DNA of 63,511 nucleotides, filler included, from Reclinomonas americana ATCC 50394 (lineage: Eukaryota): assembly GCA_048213135.1 (NCBI GenBank). It is 11 parts of 4 records of this genome, joined end to end, with 100 filler letters (N's around TTAATTAATTAA, not from the genome) between each part and the next. Parts side by side here need not be neighbours in the genome. Positions count along the whole stretch, not along the records: positions 11,366 to 24,643 come from PS015253.1; positions 24,744 to 27,718 come from PS015254.1; positions 27,819 to 39,616 come from PS015254.1; 8 more parts are not named here. One strand, given 5' to 3'. Position 1 is the first letter of the stretch. The number at the start of each line of letters is the position of its first letter. Position numbers and translations under genes: made by a program. This document shows positions 24,485 to 37,717 of this stretch, in pieces. The notes under the pieces are model-generated. The model was not told where the DNA came from. It was given only the letters and a program-made list of their open reading frames with translations, and did not search any database.

Positions 24485-27158
24485 CGGCTCTTGCTCTCAA
24501 TAACGATCTTGTGATGCTGAGAGGGTGTGCTGTGGTGTGACTTGTGACAGCGATTGATATAGAATGAAGAAAGAAAGAGAGAGAGAAGGGAGAGAGGCTC
24601 TTGCTCTCAATAACGATCTTGTGATACTGAGAGGGTGTGCTGTNNNNNNNNNNNNNNNNNNNNNNNNNNNNNNNNNNNNNNNNNNNNTTAATTAATTAAN
24701 NNNNNNNNNNNNNNNNNNNNNNNNNNNNNNNNNNNNNNNNNNNAGACGAGTAGGACAGCAGCGCGGCGCCGGGCGACGACTTGCCCAGGAATTCAGTAAA
24801 CAAGAGGTGCTCGTACATGGTGTCGGATTCGTCTGCACCGGCATAGAGTCAGGCAGCAGCGAATTAGGAAATGCAGAACAATGAGACGTCACCCTTGACT
24901 CCGTCCTGGGGAGCTGCCGCCGAGGGCTTGGCGGCCGCGGCCGTGGATGGTGTCACATCTGCACAAGCATGGATCAGCACGCAGCAGCAGGATGGAAAAC
25001 AGGGTGGCAGAGAAGACGCACCAAAACCACCACCCAAGTCCAACCCGCCGCTCTCCTCGCGCTGCGGGAGGTAGCGATCGCCGCCGAGGCCAGCAGTCAC
25101 GTCGGTCAGCATGGCGCCGGTGGGCGAGGGGCACGAGGAGTTGCTGGGGGAGCCAAAACTGAGGGCCGAGGCGCTGGCGGAGGATGACAGGCCGCTGTGG
25201 AAGGGAGGAGGGCGGTGGTGAGTGAAGAGGGAAAGGGAGAGAAACGCAAGAGAGAGAGAGGAGGGGGGAGAATACAAGAGAAAGAAAGGAAGACGAGGGG
25301 GAGTGAGAATTCGAGAGAGGAGGGGGAAGAGCAAGAAAGGCAGAGAGCTGATAGCGCGAGAGAGAAAGAAGCGACAAAAAAGGAACAAAGAAAGTAAACT
25401 AGAGAGAGCGAGAGAGAAAGAGAAAAACAGAGAGAACGAGCGCCGAAGCTCGATCACTCTGCGAACTGAGCTCAGAACTGAACCCTTATACATGCACCGA
25501 CTGTCTTTCTCACACACCAGCTGCATACGCGACGGCTGTTTTCTGCACTCTCACGCAGAGGGTACAGAAACTCATGCTCCAACAGAACTGTGTCGACAAT
25601 CTCTCTTTCTCCCACGCATTCTCTCGCTTCAACCATCGAATATGCAAAACCACAAGTCGCGCTACGATACACCCTCTCAGCATGCTTGATAACACTGCTG
25701 TCTCTCTTTCTCTCCCTCGCTGTCATGAGTTGCGATGCAGCACGCCCTCTAAATGCTACAGATTGGTCTTGAGACCCAGAGAGTCTCTCTTTCCTTCTCT
25801 CGCTTACTGTCATGAGTTGCGCTAGTATCACAGAGCATGCTAGAGAACACGTTTTCTCCGTCTCGTTCTGTCACAAGTCACGCCACAGCACACCCTCTCA
25901 GTATCACAGATCGTTATTGAGTGCAAGAGCCTCTCTCGCTCTCTCTCTCTTTCTTTCTTTCATTCTATATCAATCGCTGTCACAAGTCACACTNNNNNNN
26001 NNNNNNNNNNNNNNNNNNNNNNNNNNNNNNNNNNNNNNNNNNNNNNNNNNNNNNNNNNNNNNNNNNNNNNNNNNNNNNNNNNNNNNNNNNNNNNNNNNNN
26101 NNNNNNNNNNNNNNNNNNNNNNNNNNNNNNNNNNNNNNNNNNNNNNNNNNNNNNNNNNNNNNNNNNNNNNNNNNNNNNNNNNNNNNNNNNNNNNNNNNNN
26201 NNNNNNNNNNNNNNNNNNNNNNNNNNNNNNNNNNNNNNNNNNNNNNNNNNNNNNNNNNNNNNNNNNNNNNNNNNNNNNNNNNNNNNNNNNNNNNNNNNNN
26301 NNNNNNNNNNNNNNNNTATCCTTCTCCCTAACCCCCAGGTGTGTGGCCTCAAATGGTCACCCGAGGGCTCCTACCTCGCGTCTGGCGGCAACGACAATCG
26401 TCTCATGATCTGGGAGCCGGGTCGTCGGGCCGACCAGCCAGTGTCGCGCTTCACGCACCACACGGCCGCCGTCAAGGCGATTGCGTGGAGTCCGCACAGC
26501 AAGGGTCTGCTGGCGAGTGGTGGCGGCACCGCCGATCGGTGCATTCGGTTCTGGAACACGTCGAACAACACTCATTTGGTGAGGAGAATGTACACGCCAA
26601 GGAGAGTGCAGCAAGGTGTCACTGACATGCTCGATGTGTGTAGGGTGTGGTGGACACTGGCTCGCAAGTCAGCAACCTGCACTGGTCGAGCAACATTGTT
26701 GCGTTGATTTCACTGACTTCCCCACCGTCAGTTGTCGACTCTGCGCTCACTTTCGCTGCAGAACGAACTGGTCTCCACGCACGGTTACTCGCAAAATGCA
26801 ATCATGGTGTGGAGGTGCGGCAAGTATTCCTCCCTCCGCACACCGCACGTGTGGGCGCACGAACTCAACTCTTGTGTGCGCACACCCGTAGCTACCCATC
26901 AATGGAGCCACTGGCCACGCTCACTGGCCACACGTATCGCGTTCTGTATCTGAGCGTGAGTCCCGACGGACAGAACATTGTCACTGGCGCTGGTGGGTTG
27001 CTCGTTTCGAGCTGCTCCTGATATACCTCTTCTCACAACGCGCTTGTGATGTGACAGGCGACGAAACGCTGCGCTTTTGGCACGCCTTCCCACCTCGGCA
27101 GAAGGGACCGACCAGGAGATCCATGGTGGAGGCCTGCCCGACGTCGGACATTCGCTAA
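23222..27158 (+). CDS. FZR1: APC/C coactivator Fzr1/Cdh1 (WD40); C-box exons at 24744-25196 lie on a flipped contig
   Basis: C-box DRYLPQR. VCGLKWS, ASGGNDN, HTAAVKAIAWSPH, ASGGGTADRCIRFW, NELVSTHGYSQN, RVLYL, GDETLRFW. C-terminal IR tail before stop at 27156-27158. Confidence 0.92.
24484..24643. repeat. Intronic tandem repeat (~110-bp period), with a related copy near 25886-25935
   Basis: ggctcttgctctcaataacgatcttgtgat(g/a)ctgagagggtgtgctgt occurs twice; a near-matching reverse complement occurs near 25.9 kb. Confidence 0.8.
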
Positions 27159-27270
27159 TCGGCCGGTATTTTTTGTTTCCCCCCTTCCTACTCCTCCTCC
27201 TCCTCTGCCACCATGCGCTCGCAGAGAGATTCGGAGTGTAATAACCAGGCAATCAATATGTGTACTCGCA

Positions 27271-27516
27271 TCAGTCGAGCCCCACCATATTCTCGATGGC
27301 GCGCACCGTGGCGGCCAGCAGCGCGTGCGTGTTCTTGCTGACCACATCGAGTGCCAGCATCTCAATGCTGCGCCGACCACCAAATGCAGAACGTCGCGGC
27401 GGACGCGCCACCACGTCACCGTCCTCGTCGGCATCCAAAATGCGCTCTTCGACCGGCGGCGGTGAGAAGACCGACAGCGCAGCGTTGATCATTTGCAGTT
27501 CGCGCCACAGAGCCAC
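27271..27516 (-). CDS. Probable 3' exon of an unidentified gene
   Basis: GC3-rich ORF downstream of a CT-rich intron-like tract and a CAG acceptor. Confidence 0.45.
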   Translation of the reverse strand: MALWRELQMINAALSVFSPPPVEERILDADEDGDVVARPPRRSAFGGRRSIEMLALDVVSKNTHALLAATVRAIENMVGLD

Positions 27517-27673
27517 TGCGGCAGGTAGTGATGAAAAGGAGAGAGAGGGGTAGAGAGAGAGAGAGAGAGAGACTGGGAGAGGGAGAGAGAGAAAGACAGA
27601 CAGCCAGGCAGGCAGACAGAAAAGAGACAGAGAGACAGAAGTAGCGAAGGATAAAGAGAGAAAGAGAGAGAGC

Positions 27674-27707
<34 letters not shown>

Positions 27708-27818
27708 GAGACGAGACGNNNNNNNNNNNNNNNNNNNNNNNNNNNNNNNNNNNNNNNNNNNNTTAATTAATTAANNNNNNNNNNNNNNNNNNNNNNNNNN
27801 NNNNNNNNNNNNNNNNNN

Positions 27819-27856
<38 letters not shown>

Positions 27857-27973
27857 ATCAGAGTGCACGGAGCAGTAGAGACAGTATGCAAGACAGTGTA
27901 AGGGATAGGGGAAGAAGAAAGATCGGAGCTACAGTTAGCTGAGAATGCTGTCCCTTCCCCATTACGACTGCAG

Positions 27974-29311
27974 TGTATCTTGCACTCGGCGTGTCGGTGA
28001 TCTCTGCGGCGGTGTACCTGATGTGGCGACTGTGGTCGGATGGATCGGGGACGCGACCGATTGCAGTCATGTGGGCCTCGTGCTTGGTGGCGCTGCTGAG
28101 CTCGATTGTGGCGTGGGTGCCGGTGGCCAAGGGCTTTGCGTTCACGCTGTGGCCGGGACTGGCTGTGTGTGGCGTGGTGTATGTGCTACTGCGCTGGTGG
28201 CCGGTGATGCGCGCGTCGTTTTGCAACGGTGAGGCGTTTGTGGTCGCCAGTGGACTCGGGCAGGTGGTGGTGTCGGCGACGCACAGTGAGTTTGCGCGGC
28301 GGCCGGATCTGTGGTTGGGCGGCGTGTGGGAGGCGCTGTGGAGCACGGTGGAGCACCGGAGGACGGTGGGATTGTGGATCGCCGTGTTTGTCACACTCTC
28401 GCTGTTTGTGTGGCTGATGCGACGACGGCTGCCGCTGCTCGTCGTGCGCAAGATCTTCCACCTGATGGCGGTGTTCATGTTTCTGCCTGTGCTGTGCCGC
28501 TCCTTGCCGCAACATGTTGCGTGCGGCGCTGTGTGCATGCAATGGATCGGCACTCACTTCTTTTCTTGCATGCTTGTCACAGCGGTGGTTCCTCGCCACG
28601 TGCTTTGCGCTGGCCGCCGTGGCGTTTGTCGCCGAGGAATTAGTGCGCGTCTCCTCGTTGCCGGGGTTCTCGCCCTTGCTGAACCGTCTGCTCACGCCAT
28701 TCATGGATGCACGCGACACGGCGGGCATTGCAGGTGCGTCGCTCTGTTCACACACGATATCGCGTGCACGGTTCTCACCCTTCACCCAGTTACGCCCATC
28801 TATCTGCTCGTCGGCTGTGCCATTCCGGTGTGGATCGAGCACTCGTCGGCACCCGAGTCGATCGCCGCCGCCGCCACCGGTGTCATCAGTGTGGGACTCG
28901 GCGATGCCGCGGTGTGTTGTCGCCTGCTTCTGCTCCTCATTCATCCTTCGTGCCCTCTCATTTGCGCATGCACATGTAGGCGGCTGCATTCGGCAAGTAT
29001 CGCGGTCGCACACCGTGGGGCCTCAACAAGACCATCGAGGGCAGCTTTGCCATGGTGGTGACCACCATCTGGGGCTACTTTTTCGTCGAGCTGCTCTCCG
29101 ACAGCGGTCTCGATCCGGTACGTACCCTCCTCCGTGTGCATCCAGTTCAGCAGTGTGCGTGCGTGCGCTCATTCTCTCCCGTCAGTGGCAATACTTTGGC
29201 GTCTTCCTCGTCGCACTGGCATCGGCGGCATTCGAGGCCTTTTGCCGCATGAACGACAACCTTGCCGTGCCACTATTCACGTATGGCGTGCTGAGTGCCA
29301 TCGTGTTGTAA
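27974..29311 (+). CDS. DOLK: Dolichol kinase (CTP_transf_1 family), 5' end in gap
   Basis: Hydrophobic; RKIFHL, FMDARD, TPIYLLVGCAIPVW, GVISVGLGDAAAAAFG, KTIEGS, NDNL. Confidence 0.9.
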
Positions 29312-29363
29312 GCGGGATCTTAGAAGCACATTAAAGAATACTACACAACAATTTTTGACGACT

Positions 29364-31068
29364 CTAGCGGGTGGCCGCGTTGCATACGGTGCGATCGACG
29401 GCACTTTGATGGGGCGTACCGAGTGGACTTCTGTCGCTCGGGCTGCTGAGGCTGCCGTCCGCCTGCAGCGTCATCTTGTGGTCACGCGTGAAGCCGGGGA
29501 ACACGTAGCCGCGATCAATGTACCGCGGCTGGAACCCTGGATGCAGGTAATCGCGCTCCGCCGACTGCTCCCGCTCAATGTACGTCGCCGAGCAGTTGGG
29601 CTGTGTACGCGAGGACGTGAACAGGGGTGTGCGGCACGCAAGAGGAGAGAGCCTGACGAACCGGATTCTCGGACTTCTCCATCCAGTCAATCGAGTGATG
29701 GCACCACATCATGCGGAACGCTCGTAGCTGCACGCCCCCGACCCCCCCCGCAGTGAGGACACNNNNNNNNNNNNNNNNNNNNNNNNNNNNNNNNNNNNNN
29801 NNNNNNNNNNNNNNNNNNNNNNNNNNNNNNNNNNNNNNNNNNNNNNNNNNNNNNNNNNNNNNNNNNNNNNNNNNNNNNNNNNNNNNNNNNNNNNNNNNNN
29901 NNNNNNNNNNNNNNNNNNNNNNNNNNNNNNNNNNNNNNNNNNNNNNNNNNNNNNNNNNNNNNNNNNNNNNNNNNNNNNNNNNNNNNNNNNNNNNNNNNNN
30001 NNNNNNNNNNNNNNGAAGGCCGACTTTCCGCACGAGCTGGAGCGATATCGGAGGTATCGACAGTTTGGTGGCGCGTTCTGGGCGCGTGTGCCGCTGGGCG
30101 AGAGTCGCTTTGATGTGGCGTTGAGGACGCAGCAGGTGAGGGGGCGCTGACGTGTGGCTCTCTCTCTCTCTCTCTCTCTCTCTGTTGGGCTCATGCTGAT
30201 GGAATGCAGAGTTTTTCCACGTTTCGACAGGATGCTGTCGAAGAGAACGTACTGAACCTCATTGTGGTTTCGCATGGCGTGACGGTACGCGCGCTGTGCT
30301 CGTGGGAGCGGTGTTACGCTGGGTGCTNNNNNNNNNNNNNNNNNNNNNNNNNNNNNNNNNNNNNNNNNNNNNNNNNNNNNNNNNNNNNNAGTGTCTCAAA
30401 CCCTCTCCCCTCCAGCACCCCAAAGTCCTGCTCCACCAGCAGCGGATGCTCGTGCACATCCTCCTCCACACTCGGCACAAAGTCGGTGCACTCGCGCTGA
30501 ATCAGCAACGCAGTATCGCGCGCTCGACGAAACGATGAGTGCCAGATCCGAACGCGACCTTGCAGCGCTCCCTGAGCTGCTCACAGACAGACAGTGAGGG
30601 AGTGAGCATGCATGCAGCTTGTTCACACTGCAGTCCACTGAGGCGCACCCTTGAGCGTCTGCAGCTGCGAGGCGAGGAACTTGCCGACCTCCACTGCCAT
30701 GTGCTCGCCTGCACACACAGACACACTCAGTCACTGAGCGACTGCTCTCCTCTTTCTCTCTGTGTCTTGCTCGCACCTTCCGGGGCCAGCGCAATCACAT
30801 TATCAGGCTGCTGCTCATACAACGCCGGGTCCACATTCGCTGATCACATCACACAAATCAGCGCCTGTGCTTTCTCTTTCTCTCTCACAAACACACTCAT
30901 GCGCGGACTCACCCTGTGAGAGTCCATGGCGCACCAACCATAACCTCTGCACCACAGGTGTAACAGTGGAGCAAAAGATCGACAGTCGTCGTGTGGCGCC
31001 AATCGCCGCAAAGAGCGCAAGTGCAAAGGCGGTGGCGATAAAGGCCGCCACTGGACCCGTGTCGCCCA
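29364..31068 (-). CDS. Histidine phosphatase / phosphoglycerate-mutase-like protein; middle exons at 30015-30284 are on a flipped contig
   Basis: LVRHGLSQ, SSFRRARDTA, LVEQDFG, PLGESRFDV, IVVSHGVT|LRAF..W, NPPNC. Confidence 0.88.
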
Positions 31069-31177
31069 TGGAGGAGGCACACAGAGAGAAGCACCAGCCA
31101 CCTGCGGCCACAGACACAATGATCTGCAGCGCATCGGCAGCTGCTGCTCGCATGAAGAACATTCTGATTAGATGGTT

Positions 31178-32184
31178 TCATTCGTTCATTCGCTTGACGG
31201 GTTGTGGGCAATGCCGCACAGCGAGACCCACTTGACCAGTGCGCGTTGCAGGTAGTCGCCAACGGACTGACGTGAGACGTTGGCTTTGCGGTTCACATCG
31301 TCTGCGTTTGTGTACAGTTAGAACGGCAACACAGCAGGTGGCGACGAGATTGTTGTTGAGCTTGCCTTGTACAAACTGGAATAGTTTGTGTCGCAGCTCG
31401 GCTGTTGGTAGGAGTCCTGCGTGTGCGGCAGCCGCCTGTGTTGTTGCGCGGATGTGAGGAAACGGTGGCTGTGTGCAGTGCGATGCGTGGATCGGCGAAT
31501 TACCTCGCTGGAGAATGCAATGTCGTCGAGCGCGGAGGCGTCGGGCACATGCAGTGAGAACGAGTCCGGCGACAGATTCACATTCAACGCCATGACCACG
31601 TTCAGTGGCTCGGGGCGACGCGCCACGGAGCCTGGCGGTGGTGCAGGGAAACTCCGCCAGAAGCGGATCTGGTGGCGATGTCAGTCGAGAGAGTGAGGAA
31701 AAAGAGGGCAAGACGCACGTGGTCGCACCAGCATAATGTGCGTGTTGGGTGCAGATGAGCGCTGGAACGGTGAGCTGAGGCGGAACTTGCGACACTTTTC
31801 GTGCTCCCACAGGAATTGCAGACCACAGCGCGCCTCGGGTGACTGGTCGTAGAACGTCGGGCACGGCTGCAATCACCAAGCTTGGTGAGAAACTCAAATC
31901 ATGCTGCCTCATGACACAGGTGAGCCACACCTTGGACAGGCGCAAAATGTCCACCACCGACTGCAACGAGTTGAAGTCGAGAGCTAGCATGGCGAGCAAC
32001 GTACGGAACGGCTGCAGCGGTTCGCGAACCCACGGCTCATCCATCTGCGATGCACGAGAGAAGAATGAGCTCCAGCACACACACATATACACACATGACA
32101 AGAGACGATCGTGCCTTTCGATTGAACGCAGTCACCACGTCCAACGTCTCCTCGTACAACGCTAGCGAGTTGAAGGCAGTGTAA

Positions 32185-32219
<35 letters not shown>

Positions 32220-35200
32220 CTACTGACAGAGACACGAGACTCAACTTTCCACAATACGTGCAACGACTCGCCCGCCTCGCACGTCAAACTGCAGCTCCGA
32301 ATCCACCGCCGACTTGGCCATGTAGGTGTTTGGTGAGACCAGTCGCCACGACGGAAGCTACATGGTTTTGTGAGCCGGCAGTCCACAAGTGCCGGCGTAG
32401 AATGGACACAACGCAACACTCTGCCCGATCTCCACCACACACTTGGCAATCAGCCGCGGCTCCAAGTCGCTCGCAAAGTAGTGCAACACGCTTTCGAGCG
32501 TCCACTTGCATGATCGCTGTGACGTCTCGCCCTCTGTCCGCGCATGTGAGAAAGGAGAAGCACATTTCTCTCTCTCCCTCTCTCGCCCCTTCGCACTCAC
32601 CCATCTCCTCAATGTCGAGTGATCCCTCGCAGCCCAAGTGTATGCGCACCGAGCTGCAGACGTGATGAGAAGGCGGCGAACGGCGGGCGAGTGCAAAACA
32701 CACGGAACGGGGAGCGTCTCACCAGCGGGGATAGTCGCGGTACACCATGCGAATCTCAAACGTCTCCGACTGGGGCGAGAGCGACACTTGCCACGGACCG
32801 GTGGTCAGGCGCTCGATGCGCTTGGCCGCCGGGTGCGACTTCAAGGCGGGCGGTGGGCGCGCCTTGCTGGTCAACTCGTACAGTACCTCCACAAAGAACA
32901 TTTGCTCAACCACCTGCCACACGATGCAGCGTCAGGAGAACATTGGCAGTCATGCCGTTGTCTGCACAGTACACACCTTGATAAAGGCCACCGGATCCGC
33001 CTGGACAACCTCCGGCAATATCGACTGCTCCGTCTCGCCAAACTGGAAGCCGTTCACGGTGAACGCTCTTCGCTTGGTGCTGTAGGCCACAGTGATGGTG
33101 CGCGTCGGCACCGTGTCTTGTTGCTGGAGACAACAAGACAACAGCAAGTGAGTTGAGATCTAGAGGCTGCACCGACAATCACAACGCCCGGGTAAGGAAC
33201 AAACCGGCTTGAGTACGAGGTGCATCGACACCATGTCGACCAGCTCGACCAAGATGCTGCCGGGACCGACGGCCAGGTGATGCAGCGGGTACTCCGCGAC
33301 GGCTGCAGACAGGAATGAGACTAAATTACACACAGAACAACACGATGCGAGAATGCGAGCTGTTTTGCGTGCCTATTTGAAGGGAGACGCAGGCGGCCAG
33401 CACCTCCTCGAAGCTTCTCCACAACTCCACAAACACATTGTCGATGGTTGTGTCTCCAAAGTTGGAGCCGCGACCGATGAGGCGCTTGCTGCGCAACTTG
33501 CTGCCGGGATCCACGATCTTGATTCGACACCCTGCAGGGCGCATATCACTCAGTCACACGAGGGGAATACTCGCCAACTTCACAATCAGCGAGAAGTGCG
33601 AACCACCAAACGAGAACTCGGGCTGGGTGGTCGACAGGACCGAGACATCGGCCACGTGTTGCACCACATCAAACTGCAATCGCCGAGTCAGAGAACACGC
33701 TCCGCACTGTGGACTTGGACAACACTGACCTCCCAGTCGAGCGCATCCGACACGATGCGCAGCTCGCACGAGTGTGGTGAGCCGCATATGGTGCGCATGG
33801 ACTGCAGTCACCCCCCAACATGAGAAACCCGCCGAGCGCGATTTCATCATCTGGAAGAAACACAAACCGGTCGTGACAGCTTGGCCAGGTCCGGGGCAAG
33901 GGTCACCAGCGCTCCATCACCACGCGGCACAAAGAACATTCCTGCATCCTGCAACTGTGCGTGCAGACTGAAAATTGCCATTTGTCGCCTGTCCGCCAGC
34001 GCAATGTCAGCGAACCGCTCACGAACGACTCAAGAGCGGCATCGTGTGCATGCACGCAACTTCCAGGCCTCAAAGTGGGAGCTGAGGGGCCGCCATGCGT
34101 CGGGGTGGTGTGCCACCACTGCCGCATCGATGCTGCGCTCGGGACGGTGAGCGACGAAATACTCACGTTGGANNNNNNNNNNNNNNNNNNNNNNNNNNNN
34201 NNNNNNNNNNNNNNNNNNNNNNNNNNNNNNNNNNNNNNNNNNNNNNNNNNNNNNNNNNNNNNNNNNNNNNNNNNNNNNNNNNNNNNNNNNNNNNNNNNNN
34301 NNNNNNNNNNNNNNNNNNNNNNNNNNNNNNNNNNNNNNNNNNNNNNNNNNNNNNNNNNNNNNNNNNNNNNNNNNNNNNNNNNNNNNNNNNNNNNNNNNNN
34401 NNNNNNNNNNNNNNNNNNNNNNNNNNNNNNNNNNNNNNNNNNTGCAGACTGAAATTGCCATTTGTCGCCTGTCCGCCAGCGCAATGTCAGCGAACCGCTC
34501 ACGAACGACTCAAGAGCGGCATCGTGTGCATGCACGCAACTTCCAGGCCTCAAAGTGGGAGCTGAGGGGCCGCCATGCGTCGGGGTGGTGTGCCACCACT
34601 GCCGCATCGATGCTGCGCTCGGGACGGTGAGCGACGAAATACTCACGTTGGAGAGCTGGTGGGCAAGCAGTGACGCACGTGAGGATTCTCTCCTGGTCGA
34701 TACGAACGAGCAGCGATCGTTTCTTTCCGGTCACACTCGGCGACAGGAGCGACACCACACCCGTCGTGCCCTCGGGAAGCAATCTGTACGAGATGGATAA
34801 GCGCGCACACCTCTTCGTGATGCGGGAGCTCGCGGAAGAACGCACGTGGTCAGCACATTCTGCAGCACCAGTTCGTACGTGTACATGTCGGCACCGCGCT
34901 CGCACGTGATCATCAGAATCGAGTTGCGCAGACGCGGGGACGACAAGCAGAGAGCCGGCGTGGAGAACTCGTACAGGTCACCTGCACGACACTCAACGTG
35001 TAAGAGGAGGCCAAGTGGCGATTGACACACAGAGGCCGAACCATCCAACACAAACGATTGCGTCAGGTCGGTAAATGTGACGAATCCGGCTCGAATGGCT
35101 TCGTGTCCACACAGCTCCATGACACACTGCGCCAAGGGTGAATACTCTCGTTGCAGCACAGCTCGGCGAAGACACACGGAACTCGTGCCACAATGTCGTC

Positions 35201-37441
35201 CACCGTCGACGTGAAGCCGACCATGTCTGCGTTGAGATCGCTCTCCAACCGTGACAGCCACCCTGCATTGGCAAAAGTGGGTTTCCTGATCTCTCTCTCC
35301 TTCTCCCTCTCTTCCGTGCGCGACACGGGACGCACGTAGGATGCTAGAGTCGAGCGAGTGTCCGAATAACCGCAGTCGGAACTGACCCGACTTCCAGTCC
35401 ACTGTGACGCGCAACACAAACTGCAACGGCAGTGCCACGTCCAAATAGTACTCCTCGTCGGCGTCTGTGGCGCACAGGTCGGTGAGCACGGTGCGAGCGA
35501 GGGGCAGTCACGATGAAGGCGCTAGACACAGACCCTGTTCCACTGACACGTCGTAGCGCGGCTGTCGCTCCCACAACGAGCGGCCGAGCACCGTCAATCG
35601 TGCACAGGCCATTTGCTGCATGCACCGACGCACCACCGACAGGAAGCCGAGTGCCGAGTATTGCTGTCGACGACGGTGAGCAGGAGGAGAAAAGGAAAAG
35701 AAAAGGTGTTGGAGGTGCTGAAGGCGTGCGCACCACCGAGGCCGTGATCGGAGCTCCCTCACGATTGCGCAGCGTCGGACTGTGCGAAATGACCACGTCG
35801 TACAGTTTGACCTGGAAGCTGGCGGGCACAGCCTGAGCCGGGATCCACTTGAGCGGCCGCAGACTAATCAACATTTGGCACGACGGCGCTGTGCGATGCG
35901 AGCAGCGTGAGGAGAGAGACATTGTGAATCAGGGCGACAGAGTACGTACCGATTTTCTGACTTCGTGAATCGATGGCTCGTTGCGGGTTGGGTGCATTGC
36001 TGGCGGAATCGTGAGTGTCTTCCCCCGCGCAGTAAATGCAACGAGCGCGGTTTTCTCACCCCCAGTAGGCCACCGTCAGCTCCGTCTGAGCCACGCGAGT
36101 GTGGAATCCCGAAATGAGTGCCGACCGCTCCAGCTCCTCGGCCTGCTCGCGCAACACCTCGAACGCCGAGCGCGCACAAAACGAGTCTGCGCAGAGAGAT
36201 GAGTGCTCAGCAGCGTAGAAAATCAAAGTCAACCTGTTCACGAAACGGCAGAGGCCGTAAATGTCATCCAGGATGCAGGCCTCGGGCAGTGTGCGAATGC
36301 GCGCATGCAACAATCGAATAATGCGCTCCACGTCGCCAATGGTCGGGTCTGCATGCCATGTTCAGCAACGTACAAGGTACAACAGTAAGCGCGTGCGTGT
36401 ATGACACTGTCAAATACCTGCATGACCAGCGGCACGAAGCAAGAAGCGCAAGTCCAGCAGGCGCCACTTCCACTGCACCGGGCCCTCCGCCAATGTCAGC
36501 GTCACCTGGAACTCGTCTGACACGCCGAGCACAGCTTGGCCGTCGGCTGTGGAATCTCCAGTGTCACTCCAAACAGGCCGCTTCACCAGTATAGCACACG
36601 GACAACGAACCAATCTCGACAATGTCGTAGCGATGAATGCCGGGAATCGAGCGCAACTTGACGCCAATATCCGCCGTGAGCTGTCTCCGCGCCTCGTCCT
36701 TCTCACTCGGTGTCGCACGCTCCGGTCGCACAAAGCACTGGGAGCGTGAAGAAGTGAATTGAGCGGCCATGACAATGAAAGACGAGTGGAGGGCACGTCA
36801 TACCTCAATCGCATACGCCATTTGCGTGTACCGTTTGGCGCCGAGGATCTCAGCCGCGCCCTCGATCTCAATGGGCGGCACCCTGTGCAAGAAGAGCAGT
36901 GAGCTCCCCCTCGTCGCTCTCGCGTGGCATGCCACACACTTGTCTCTGACGTTCTCTCTCTATCTTCTCTCTCTCCCTCTCCGCGCTGACCTGTTCCGCA
37001 CAGTCGTCTGCCCAATGCGCCACAACAAATCGGCGGCATTCTCAAAGCTCGAGATGCCCACTTGCGAGCGTTGCAACACATCCTGCAAACGCACCAGCAC
37101 ACGTCAAATGACAACAACACCTTGTCTCACACACACGCACACACTCATACCTTCGACAGCTGCAACTGCGACTGCGTGCGACACCGCACAATGGCCAACA
37201 CACGCGAAAAGAGCGCCTTGCATCTGCATGCAATCCATGAGAACACACACACTCTCTCAGTCTCTCTCTTTCACACAGTCACTCACCGTTGAAAGTAGTC
37301 ATACAAGTTGAGCTTCTTCTCCTCGCTGGTGGGGCAGGCCTTGAGTGCCTGTCGCAACTCGAGCAACTCACGACTCACGCGTTGCACCACACTGCGCATG
37401 ACCGCGTCCACTCCCACACTCTCATCCATCATCATCATCAT
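31178..37441 (-). CDS. MED14: Mediator subunit 14 (Rgr1), many exons; 3' end approximate
   Basis: N-terminal EEKKLNLYDYFQR..LFSRVLAIVR, PPIEIEGAAEILGAKRY, GVSDEFQVTLTL, WKWRLL, LCHSFC..EVL. Confidence 0.8.
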
Positions 37442-37717
37442 CGTCACAGTTCGTCCACTGGCACTCAGCACCGCCGCGCTTCAAGTGTGCACCCAGCTGC
37501 GTGCGTGCGTGCTCGTGAACAGGTAAGGGTGCACGTGCGAAGTGAGTAAATTTCATCTTCCCGCGTTGCAATTGCAATTGTCTTCCAGCTTCGCGGACCA
37601 TGCATCACTACGTTTTCTCTCGACACTCTTACACATGCCAAGTGAGATGATGATCATCGCATGCATGCAGCTGTATTGGTTGATGTTGTTGATGTTGTTG
37701 TTTTTGTTGCTGTTGAT

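Noticed and set aside
26690-26770. Reading the shifted donors as non-canonical TT...AGN introns cut one base later
   Set aside because: That cut gives DELVSTHG in Fzr1 and LCRSFC in MED14. The GT-AG cut gives the conserved NELVSTHG and LCHSFC.
32697-32710. GTTCCGT here and GTTCCGC near 31787 as additional shifted donors
   Set aside because: The frame is satisfied by the upstream G|GTGAGA donor in the first case and by continuous exon in the second; neither was counted.
33962-34652. ~210-bp direct duplication inside MED14
   Set aside because: Identical copies flank a gap; this is an unmerged contig overlap.
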